Shown piece after piece: positions 26,401 to 38,211 of a stretch of 64,000 nucleotides of DNA (positions are counted from its first letter, which is position 1; every line of letters begins with the position of its first letter). The stretch is from assembly GCA_002189035.1 (NCBI GenBank), contig NEEC01000021.1:434001-498000 (forward strand). Reading direction: 5' to 3'. Source of the DNA: Utricularia gibba (lineage: Eukaryota > Plantae > Magnoliophyta). Made by a program: the position numbers and the translations under genes. A model generated the notes under the pieces. It searched no databases. It saw nothing but the letters and a program-made list of their open reading frames with translations, and was not told the origin of the DNA.

Positions 26401-28636
26401 AATTTAAATTTCATACTGTGATTCTTTAATAAATGAGTTTGACTCTACACGGGTGTATGATGTTTTGTTTCTCTAGGAGGTAGATCCGTGTGAAGATTTA
26501 ACTGATGATGATATCCGTATTGCACTTCACAATGCGAATGGACCAAAGTCTGCACTATTTATTCCAGAGGTATGGCGTATGTCAAAGTTGTTTCTATCTC
26601 GTTCTTTCCTTGGTGTAGCTTCAGGTGTGTAAAGCTAACTCGAATTTCAGGTCCCTTTTGAAGTTCTTGTTAGAAAACAAATAGCAAGATTGCTGGATCC
26701 TAGCCTTCAATGTGCAAGGTTTATCTATGATGAGCTAATCAGGGTAAATACCTTGTGGCAAATATTCTTGCGCCACAGGATGTATTTCTGGCTTACCAGT
26801 TTCTTTCTTAAAGATGAGTCATCGATGCATGGTGAATGAACTCCAACGATTTCCTGTTCTGCGGAAACGCATGGATGAGGTTACTGGCAACTTTTTACGA
26901 AAAGGGTTGGAGCCGTCAGAGACAATGATTGGCCACATCATTGAGATGGAGGTGATTTGGTTGTACATTCTTTAGTATGCTATTTTCTTTTGTGTCTTCT
27001 TATCACACTAGATTGTGCGGATGTAGAGTAATGCTCACTTTATATGTTCGCCTTCTCTCTTGTTCCATAGATGGATTACATCAATACTTCCCATCCAAAT
27101 TTTATTGGTGGGAGCAAAGCTGTGGAGATGGCATCTCAGCAGTTGAAATCGTCCAAGATGGGTGCTGCGGGGAGAAAAGTGAGTGAACTTTCCTGGACTT
27201 GATATGAATATACATTAATTGTAGTTAAGCTGTTCCTGAATTTGCTTGATCTATAGGAAACGGGGATGCTGAGAAATTGTCCAATGCAGAAAGGAATGCG
27301 AAGTCGCGAGGTATAATTGCTCGCACAGCAAATGGCATTGTTCCAGAGCAAGTAAGCCACGTTATGGACAATAACTCAGCAAGCTGTTATATTTAGTTAG
27401 CTACTTTCTAAAATTGATCTCCTCACCCTCCTCTTTGTTCAAAGACTAATCGTTCAGTGCCAGAAGCTGAAAAACCAGCTAGTAAGATTTCTACCTGTAC
27501 ATTTGATTTGTGAACTTCATTTCGGCCATGAACTTTCATGTAAACTGAAACGGCTGTCTATCACTCAGCCAGTAATCCAGGTTCATCCTGGGGTATACCT
27601 TCAATTTTTGGCGGGCATGACAGTCGAGCTTCTGCCAAGGAAAGCAATTCCACGAGCAAGCCTTTCAACGATCCTGTGCAGGGCATAGAGGTTGGATATT
27701 CGATGATTCATTTGAAAGAGGTACTGATTTGGCATTTTTTCCACTTTTTTTTTTTCTATGATCTTCCCTTGAAGTTTCCATCCGCATTGACTCTTTTGTT
27801 TTCCTCCTATATCATTCTTAATCTGTGAAAGCCGCCTAGTGTCTTGAGGCCCTCGGAAACCAGTTCAGAGGATGCATCTAATGAAATTTTGATCACTAAG
27901 CTGTTGCTAAGGTCTTATTATGACATTGCTCGAAAGAACATTGAGGATCTTGTACCTAAAGCCATTATGCATTTTCTGGTATTTGCCTTAGTTTACCCGG
28001 ATCCACATTTTATATCAGCTTTCCTTTGACACCTTTCTGACTTGCAATCATGGGCATACACCCACAGGTAAACCATACGAAGAGGGAACTTCACAATGTT
28101 TTCATCGAAAAACTTTACAGGTATGCCAATGGGGAGTTTTTTTCCTTTTGGAATTATCTTGAACTATGAAAAGAAGAATAACTCGGGTTCTGGTTTCATC
28201 AGAGACACCATGTTTGAAGAGATGCTGCAGGAACCTGATGAGGTGTCCATAAAGCGAAAGCGTGCCCGAGATACACTGAAGGTCCTTCAGCAAGCTTGGC
28301 AGGTTCATTCCGAATCCACAACATCTTCGCTTGTGTTCCACCGTGCCTTATGCATTCTTATGCATATTCTTCAATCTCATAAAACAGACTCTGGAAGAGC
28401 TGCCACTCGAGGCCGAGTCTGTGGAAAGAGGTTACAGTTTGACGAGTACCGACACAACCGGCCTGCCAAAGATCCACGGATTCCCATCTTCATCACTGTA
28501 CAGCAGTGGTTCGAGCGAAACCAGTGGCGGCTCCCCAAAGCACCACAAGCTGCGGAGCTCCGGCGAGCTTAACAGATCACCTCCATACGCAGATGCCAAC
28601 GGCAGGGGATCAGCCAACTATCCAACTGTTGGCTAA
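23453..28636 (+). CDS. DRP3: Dynamin-related protein 3 (mitochondrial/peroxisomal fission GTPase), multi-exon
   Basis: [46 protein letters not shown] (G1), [53 protein letters not shown] exon [37 protein letters not shown]. Confidence 0.95.
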
Positions 28637-29741
28637 TGGAGTAGTCCCATATTTTGTTTGATGGCTCCCTTTGCTTACGCCGGGTGCAGGCCCCATATTC
28701 TTTTTGTTGCTTGTCAAGCGAAGAAAAGGAGTGGATTTGAAAGTGCTTGCCACAGTGGGATGCGGATGCGTCTGCTGTGGTTCCTTAAAGCCTCACTCAA
28801 ATAATGCTTGCTAGTGGTTTCTTTTCTTGGTTCCTTCGATATGCTTGCCGAGCACAATAGGTTTGCACTTCCCGGGTTCTGACAGCATTCAGGCATCCCA
28901 GGCACTCTACCATTAGTAAAGTGTCTGGGGCACTCAATCTTCTGGCTCTACATGAAGAGAGAGGCATTGGGTGTTCTCTCAGACAGTACAAAAACAGCAA
29001 TGTTGGAAGGCCTCATTAAAGGAAGGGTTGTAGAATTACGATAGAGGAATTTTACATTGATTACAGACGGGGAAGTTGATGAAATTAAGTAACTTTGTAC
29101 GAAATCTTTTCCCGAACACAATGAAGTATATTTTGTGGGAATTTTTAAGTTAAATATGTTTGGCCCAAAGTAATTTTGGGATGGATAACCATTTGGGAAA
29201 CTCATGGATGAGAAAAATATAAAATCTTAAAAATTAAATATTTAAATTAAATAATATCGTATAAAAAGAACATGTATCCAATCACTAAAAGTAGTGCTGC
29301 CTGTGAATGTATTCTTGAGTTCATCAGCACCTACACAGGTTCTCATTTTTCCAACAACTGGTATGGAAACAATTGAGAGAGTTTCATGTAGTACTTACAA
29401 GCACACTTTTGTAGTGCCCAACATACAATAGTTCGGAACACCAGCAGGAAACAGACTATAGCACTCAAATAGAACTTAAATCGGAAAATAGACACATGTA
29501 ATTTTAACCCAAAAAATGGGAAACCTCTTGGGCGTAGGCTACATCCTGCGCAACGGAATTCATTATGATTTGATGAATCAATACAAAGCAAATCATTAAA
29601 ATTTTTTGCAAAAAAGTTTTAAGTGCTTTGCCAATATATTATTTTTCTATGTGTGAGGTCTCAAAGGGATTACTCAATCCAATGAAGAAAATCATAAATC
29701 GTTTATTTTAAATTGGAGGAGATCACTACAAGATACATTGA

Positions 29742-31740
29742 GGGCACGTTTGATAGGGATGGTTAGACTAGTTTTTTCAGGTTTGGTTTAATATTATACT
29801 TGTTTGGTAGAAGAGATTAGTTTAATAACAAAATTTAAATTAAAAACAAATTTTCTTGGTTTTATGGGTTTAAATTCAACTCACCCCCCCCCCCCCCCCC
29901 TCATGGATTTAAAATAAACAAAATGTTATCAAATTTTTAGTGACTCTTTTACCTTTTAATTTTTATAACTTCTCTAATTTAACCTTTTAGCCCTAATTCA
30001 TTCTACACTTTTTCTCCACCAATTTGGTCATATCTTCTCTACGCATCCTTTCTTCTTATTCGTTCCCGCATCTCTGTTGCTTGGATTTTAACAGAATCCG
30101 TTTCCTACTAGCATCACGAATTCAGCACCACCGGATTCAAGGATTTCTTTGATGTAAATTTCAGTGTATTTCATTTGAAGTTTTCCTCAGTTCCCTGATT
30201 TTTTTTTACTTGGGTCTCCATCAAAGGTTCTTTTCAAGTAATTTCTGATTTTTTGAATCATATTAATGGGTTTCTTCACATTTGGTTCATTTTTGCTCCT
30301 TGTTTGATTATAAATGATTTTTTCATCATGAATTTTTTAGGATCTTATGACTCTTAGTAGATGAATGATTTCAATGATACTTTAGTATTTTTTCTTTGTA
30401 GATCCTGCAGATGGATGATGATTTTGTGAATGAAATTGTTGCATTGATTGGGATTAAAATATTCTTGTGTAATCTCTTGCACATGAGATATGTAGTTTTA
30501 AAATATCTTAACAATGGAGAGGACAATAATGGATCAATGTTTATTCGAAAAAAAAATTCTTACATTGAAAAAATACCTAGATAAATAGATAAACTCAATA
30601 GGTTTGTATCGGATTTGAATAGCACTGCCTTTGAGAGTTTGAGAATGAAGCAAAACACATTCTCTGCTTGAGCAACACGGATTGCAGAACTCAAGATATG
30701 TACAAGTAAAAGAAAAGGTTGCAATTTTTTTGGGAATATTGGGTCATCATATGAAGATGCGTATTCAAAAGAGGGACTACGAAAGATCGACATACACTAT
30801 TTCAAAGTGCTTCAATGAGGTTCTATCTATTGTAATCAAGATTCAAGATAAGTTTCTTGTTAAACCAATACCAATACATGAAAAAAATGCTACATCAAAA
30901 TTCAAATATTTTGAGGTACTACTATTTGTGCTTAAATATCTAGATGTATAAGATTGATAATTTCCTTGATTTTCTAGAATACTTTACCGTGATCAATTCT
31001 AAAATAATTTCCTTGGTTTTCAAAGCAATCTAAAATACTTTACCACGATCAATTCTTATCATGTTTCCGGTGTTGCATCAATCATACAAGTAGTGGTGTT
31101 CCTCCAGAAAGTGTGAGCACATCTGAAATCAAAGAGTACACTTTTTTCCATGTTCCAGATTTTGAATCAATATTTGGAAATGCTTTAAGTTCAATCCCAT
31201 GTAACATTTTTACCATTTTACTTTCAAGTACCTTGAAATAACCAAGGGAAAATCCGTTGTCCGACTTCCATCCTTTTGCTATGATAGTTTTGTATGCAGT
31301 TACAAGACATGCTTCTTCTTGCACTGTCCAAGCATGTTTGGTGCCATTTTTTTCAGCAAATTCTGATTGCTTCTTCTTTATTTCTTTCTTCGGAGGAGTC
31401 AACATTGTTTTGCCCTTCTTTTGAAGCCGTTTATCCATGAGTTTCAAGAAGTATCTGAATGAAGATATGAAACCTATGAGAGATTTAAAATTCAAAGACC
31501 ATAATGTGGAAATAAAAAAAAAAAAGCTTTTTAATATAATAGATATTTGGGGGTAAAATAGGTAAAAGAACGTTATGATATAATTATACTATTCTACCAA
31601 ACAAGTCACACTATAAACTCGGGTTTAAATAAACACTATTATCAAACTCATTTTTATCTAAATCGAGACAAATTTAAACTCAATTTTAAATCATAGTAAT
31701 TCTAACCCCTATTAATTCAGACTCGCTACCAAACGTGACC
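29742..31740. mobile_element. Internally deleted PIF/Harbinger DNA transposon (1999 bp) with transposase N-terminal fragment (+, ~30680-30950) and Myb/SANT-like ORF fragment (-, 31082-31495)
   Basis: TIRs GGGCACGTTTGATAG / GGTCACGTTTGGTAG (13 of 15 match); 3-bp TSD TGA at 29739-29741 and 31741-31743; peptides VKEKVAIFLGILGHH...RSTYTISKCFNEVL and HAWTVQEEACLV...GWKSDNGF...IDSK..TWKK. Confidence 0.85.
29884..29900. repeat. Poly-C tract (17 nt) inside the PIF element
   Basis: Read directly. Confidence 0.9.
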
Positions 31741-32690
31741 TGAATGCACTAGTCAACAGGAGAGCTAAATAATATTACAAAACTAACGGCTGTAAATGAA
31801 ATCTTATTAGCGAAATGGTGGTGGCCCGATTTTGATTCAAAAGAATCCTCATTCAAAAAATAATCATTTATCACTGCTATTTATGGTGGCTTATTGACTC
31901 CACAACATATGAATAGGATCTTGTTCTCAATGCTAGATATGACGTCTATGAGCTTTTTGCATAAGATACATAGAAGGAATAAATTCAAATTAAATTTAGC
32001 AATAAATGGATACAACCAATAATCGCAGAGATTATTCAATATATTAAGAAACAAAAGGAATCCGGACGGATTGGATTAGTCGAGCTAGACTTTGATAGAG
32101 AAAATAAAATATTGTCGATGAAAGTGAATATATTTGACTAGATTTTCAATATGAAATAAATTTATACACAAAAACATTATTTTGTATTCTTATGATTATA
32201 GTATTTGTATAAAACATATCCTAAAAACGTAAGACCGTCTTTTTTTCGATTAGAACAATTGTCTCAAGAGTACCCTAAGGCAGAAATCATTTTGAGGCCA
32301 TTAACACAAATCTTATCACCTAGAGAAGTCAAAACCAACAGATACATTTTCTTGTATAAATAGATGCTGTAATCAGTTCATAAAACATAACAATTATAAA
32401 GATTTTTGAGAAAGATCTTTCCTTACTAGTTTTTACCTTTCAAAGTCATTTGTTCCATGCGGACAAGTTCTTTTTCTTTCTTCTTATACTTTTTTACAGC
32501 TCAAATATGTAAATTATCGTGAATAATGTGCAAGAATGTGCTCCATCAAAGCATATGTGACTCCAATCCGATGTTCGGATCTTTCTTGTAGGTTATGAAA
32601 TAGAAGTTTGAAGGTGGGATGATTCTGTTGCTCTTCAAACGCCATTGAGTCCAGAGATTGATTGGATACTGATGGCAGATCTGAAGTGAC

Positions 32691-34924
32691 TCAGGAAACA
32701 GAGTTCCTCCATCTCCTTGCACCTTTCTTGCTCTGCTGCGCCATGGTTTCTTCTCCAATTCCACCATCTCCCCTGCGGTTCTCAGGCGCTTTCATGAACT
32801 TGCCTGGCTTCATCCACCCGATGCTCCACGCAGACGATTGTTTTGGCCTATTTGTCTTGTTGTCCGCCTGTCTCTGCAGTGCCTCCAACTCATTCTGCAG
32901 CTCCGAGTACTTGGCTTTCACCGTCTCCACTTCAAATTTCAGATTGTTGATGTCCTTCTTCGCTGCATCCCATCCCTTCTGGAACGACGGCGGTGTCGCT
33001 TCCAGCAGTGTTTTCCGGTTTGATACCAATGGCTGGTATTTAGATTCTCCACCCGCCTTCATGGACGAGTTGGCCAGTGAATTGCTCACTCTAACCAGCT
33101 CTGCAAACAGAACCTGCACCACCACTCTCAGCGGCAACCGCTCGTTCTGAGCGACGTGCATACAAGCATCCACCGACAGCTTCTGGCAATCCATCACTCT
33201 GCACAGCCTCTTCCTCTCGTGTTCAGTCAAGTTGGGATGTGCCTGCATCATCCATTGCCAGTTCATCAGAATCTTGAAGCTCCCAAATGCGTTAAACATG
33301 TGATTTTTACCTTGAGATAGGAATCGACGGCTCTGTAGAGACCGTCGTCGCTGGTTCGAGCGGACTCCGGCAGAGCCTCGGCGAGAACCTGGAACTTGGT
33401 GAGTGACAGGTTTTTGTCTCTGGATACCTCTGTGAGATAGCTGTCTACCAGCCTTGCAACTCTCGTCTTGGCACTAGGAGTGATTCCTCTTTGTGCACTT
33501 TCAGAGAAAGAGGAGCTCCTTCCGGGACTGGAGCTCCTGCTCTCGGACTGCTCCTGCATCAGGAAATGCTCCAGAAGCCTTTGGAGAAGATCAACGTCGT
33601 ACGATGTCTCATTCTTGTCGCAACAAGGAATCATCAGGTCTGCAAGCGTCGCCTGCTCCAGCTGCACGCCGATCCGTTTCTCCAGTTCCGTTAACAGCGC
33701 CGGCGCCACCTTCAAATCTCCAGCCATCTTCACCAGTCTAAGCATGAAACTGCAAGAAACACTGTCCCTTTGAGGTGGGATTATGCTGATCAAGCTCTCT
33801 ACAATCTGTCTCTGATCGTTGGCGGGCAATCCGGTGCGATCGTCGTCCACCCTCGGCCCTGGAACCATCGTGTGCAGGCCACCTTTCCACCTTCCGGAAG
33901 CTCCCAAATTGAAGTTACCCTCATCAGGACCTGAACCACCGGGAAGCCATCTGCTACCGTAGTGCATGATCACTGCTCCGATCAGCTCGTGCCTCATCCC
34001 CTTGACCCTGATTGCTGTCATCACTCTCACAAAATGGTCAATCCTCAGAATGGAGACGTCCTCGAACCACCAGTCCAGCGGCGGAACCCGGCTGGGGCTG
34101 GAGTCCCTGTTTTCGTTCCATTTCGGACTCAAAACCGACGGCGGCGTCTTCCCTGTGTAGTGCCATCTTACTCCTTTGGGGTTGGTGCAAGCTTTCCAAG
34201 CAATGGATTCGCTGCATCTTCGCACAATCTGTAAATCCTCCGCCCAGGGTGACAGACTCTCACAGCTTTTCAACACAACAATGGAGTCCCTCCAGGAAGA
34301 CAACACCACGTAGCTGAGAAAGGCTTCTGTTTTGAATATCAGGTTCCCTTCCTCCACATCCTCTGTCATTTCAAGGTACTCCGCCGCACACCGGAGACAG
34401 GAGATGTTGTTCACCGTCAAATCAATGGCAACTCCGTAGCTGAACCTGGTCACCAGCTCGAACGCCTCGGCTCCTCCGGGGAGATCATCGAGAACTACCT
34501 TGTTTAGCTCCACTTCCCGCGACTCGTACACCAGTCTACTGAGCTTCCCACTTCGAGAAACAAGAGGATACTACCAAGGAATACGCAACAGGAAGCCATT
34601 GATACCATATCAGAGCAACCATGTCTTTTTCTTTTCATTAGTTTTAAGGTAATAAGTAGCAGTACCTTATGCAGATGGAAGGTGATTTCTCCAATTTGTA
34701 CTGTGAAATCACTTGGAATATCAGTTGCAAAAAACCTACAAGCAGACCCCAAAGCACATGTCACAGAACCTAAACAACAAAGAAACACAAAGAACAAAAC
34801 TACATTACCATGATTTCCCTTTCTGCTGGAACCCATCTGTCATGACCCTCATTTTGCTCATCGAATTCAAGCTTCTGTCTGCATAGTCCGGGCGGGTTTC
34901 CGGTTCCCTTTCGCATTCCCACAT
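32691..34924 (-). CDS. NPH3: BTB/POZ NPH3-family phototropism protein (NPH3/CPT1-like), 4 exons
   Basis: Hand-translated exon 1 MWECEREP...TDGFQQKGKSW; ATDIPSDF...FHLHKYPLVSRSGK; LEMTEDVEEGNLIFKTEAFLSYVVLSSWRDS; DWWFEDVSILRIDHFVRV; DDGLYRAVDSYLK; HPNLTEHERKRLCRVMDCQKLS; terminal RRWRNSVS. Confidence 0.92.
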
Positions 34925-35739
34925 GTTCCAAGCTAGCAGATGAAGATGAAGAAACTGGAAGTTATCTTAAGTTGAGCAGGAGGAACAAGAAGAAGTAGAG
35001 ATGTAAAGAAGTTGCAGAAGAAGGGTATGCCAGTGCAAGTGAGGAGAAAAACCTCACATGTGAAGAGGCTGGAGTTTTCTCCTTGAAATCAACATTATCC
35101 CAAGGCTTGGATTCTCACCAACACAGGCTGTCGATCAACTGTAGAACTCTACTCTTCTTAAATATCCAGTGAAAATGACAGAAACATAAGAGGTGACAGA
35201 AAGAAGGATTGATGCAGAAATTACAGTCGCCATCATGGTGAAAACGATGTATGGACCGGGAGACACTCTGGGACGAGACAACGTACATATACAGTGAAGA
35301 TTCTGTGGGAGACGGGGGCCATAGAAAAGAAAAACAACACTGTTCACAAAGCTCTTATCACTTCCCTCGTACATGCCGAATGCTATCAGACGAGTCAATT
35401 GATGGAATGGAATCCCAGTTCAGGTCCCATACAATTAAATGGAGTTTGCTTTTACAGCACCACACGAACACTCCACGTGCTCTCCTCGCCATATCTCCCA
35501 TGCACTGCTTGCTTTTTCTCTCCTCTTTCATGGATAAGCCTATGAATTTGTATATGTCATCAGCCAAACGAAGACGACACCAAGAGCAAACAAACAAACA
35601 AAGAGGAAGAGGGGTACCCTTATGCACGATAAAGAGAAGGACACGTTTTTTAATCAATGTGAGATCCAGAATTGTACTTAAGGAATTGCAGAGAACCTGC
35701 ATTTATGAAAGTGGTTTTCTTGGAGAATAAAACTGTGGG

Positions 35740-35870
35740 TACGCAAATAATGGAGGAATTTCTTGAAGCTGTTTGTCCCTCTCCGGAGGTGTTGAAATTC
35801 GGGTGTGCCTTCATCAGGAAAATTGAAGAGCTCATTGCTCACATCTTCTGTAAGCTTCTCCGGAATCCCA
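35740..35870 (-). pseudogene. Possible exon relic of a 2-oxoglutarate/Fe(II) dioxygenase (DIOX_N region)
   Basis: After a T-rich tract and a CAG acceptor, phase-0 exon reads VVNHGIPEKLTEDVSNELFNFPDE, matching the GFFQ|VVNHG motif and the intron position of many 2ODD genes; no HxD...H or RxS motif found. Confidence 0.3.
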
Positions 35871-38211
35871 TGATTCACCACCTGCAGCGGCATAAACCAC
35901 CTTGGAAACTGGGTTGGTGTAGGAATGTACTCAAAGACAAGAATTGAAAGAACCAAGACAGCACAATCAGGACTTTCCAAAAAGTAAAAGCGAAGCCAAA
36001 GGAAGAAACCGAAACAGACGCGTTCCGGTTGCAACAGCAAATGCCAGAGTCATGTGATGATGACTATGACCAGATCATTCTTCACGTTCCACATTCCTGG
36101 AGTTTGGACAATCACCTTGGTGATCTAACACAAGATGATACTGGCATGTTGAGCTGTTGCTGATGCTGGCTTCACCTTATCCAACAGAACGTGAGGGCGA
36201 CGGCGTACCCGAAGGCGGAAACAGACTCTCGCACCAATTGCATATGTATCTTGTTTGTACCACGCAAGGTTGAAGTAGTGGGTATTAAGGCTTTGCAAGA
36301 ATTGATTGCAGGAGAACAATATCTTGAAGCACGATTCAAATGACAGTTTCATTACATCTAGTATTCTTCATCATGGAGTTTTTTATTTGGGGAGATAGTT
36401 CCGGCGACGGGCGGTTGGAGTTGCAGAGATTATTTACCCCACCGCCGCCATCTGGGTATCCTGTAACTAAAGCTGAATGTGTTTCTTTACGGTAAAAAAA
36501 ATCGTAGAAATCCTTGTGATTGGCCCACGTGGGGAGCGGTATCCGGTTCTTATTTCTTACAAAGTCGGTTCCTTTACTTCACTCCCCGCCGTAAAATTTC
36601 GTCGTATGTACATCTGGGTATCCGGTTTCCGATGTAGTTGTGGAATCTATATGACATGAAACCAATCAGAATACGTGAGCGTGTGTGTACAGGATTTAAT
36701 TTGAAAAATAACCACTGTGTTTTACTGTGTTTAAAACTATCCACCTTATGTGTATTTTTTTGTGTTTAGTGTGTGTGAGAAATGGACAGACGTAGAAGTC
36801 AGCCGCCGCTGAAAGCATGGAGGTGACGTCACACCTACCGTGAAGAAGATGAAGTCGACTCCGAGGAGGATAATGGGCTTCGGCTGATCCAGTATTTTAT
36901 TTATATTATGATTTATTTTGTAACTTATAATTTAAAGTAAAAATAAAATTATTTGTTATACACAATATTTTTATTTATTATAAAACTTAACTTATATTTT
37001 TAATTTTTAATTTTAGTTTATTTCAAATTTAATTATTTCACTTATTTATTACATAAGTTGAGAAAATGTTATTTATTTAATAAGTAAGTTGCTTAATTTT
37101 AAAGAAACTGTTTTTACTTAATTTATATCTATTTATATAATAACTTATATTTATGAATTAAATAGAAGTTGATTAAATCACCCAAACTATACCTTACTTA
37201 ATGCATACCGTCCCCATTGTGCTCTATAGCCCATTGAAACAGTGAGGTTCCTCATTGTTGTATTTCCCCAAAATTTCAGATTTCGGTTCTTTTCTGAAAT
37301 ATTTTCAAAATTTTGCTTTTTGAATAAAATTCTAAATTCAATCTTTTTTTTTTAATTTAGAACATTGTTCCCAACAAAGAAATTGCATTTCAATTTTGAG
37401 AGTATCCTCTATTTCATTCCTTAATTCCAAATTGGCATATTGAAAATTTGTTTGATTTTATTCAAGTTATAACCGTCTTCTAACAAAATCGTTTTTTAGA
37501 TTGGATATTTAGTAAATAGTAATATTTATTATTATAAACGGAATACTTAATCAATTTTTTATTTAAATTTATATGTTAGATAGGTTTATTTAATCTTATG
37601 ATAATAAACTACATTATTATTTTTCTATTTGAAAAAAAACTATTCTAATTATTTATTTTGATATTTTCAGAATATTCTATATAAATTTAAGTAAAATTTT
37701 TTATTAAACATGTGATAAATAATTTTCTATTAAATAATATTATTTATAAGACACATTTATGTTTTTCAAATCATTAATTTTTATATAAATAACATCAAAT
37801 AAATTAAAACCTTCTGAATCCATTATTCGTTCAATGATTCTTCTTCCACCAAGAGGGCATTCTCGTAGGGATGGTCGATCACTGAATAAGCCGCCATCAA
37901 AGCTACCTTCCTTTGATCCACCTTCTCGGGCATGGAAGGGAATGCAAATGGATCGCGGATGGTGGATCCAAGTCTCTTTTTCAGATCAGCGAACTCGCCT
38001 ATTGTGTTGCATTTTCTTGCCCCCTTTTTCCATCGTGCTTGAGTGATTCTGGGTACTGTCTATTACCTTGATCATGTTTCTTGAGCCGCCCATCAAATCA
38101 CTTATGGTGGAAGGCGGATACATGATCTTGCCTTTGGAGATGATGAAGGAGCAAGGATGGAAATGGGGTTGCAGATACCATGCTTTTCTTGAAGCGAATG
38201 GTGCTCAATTG

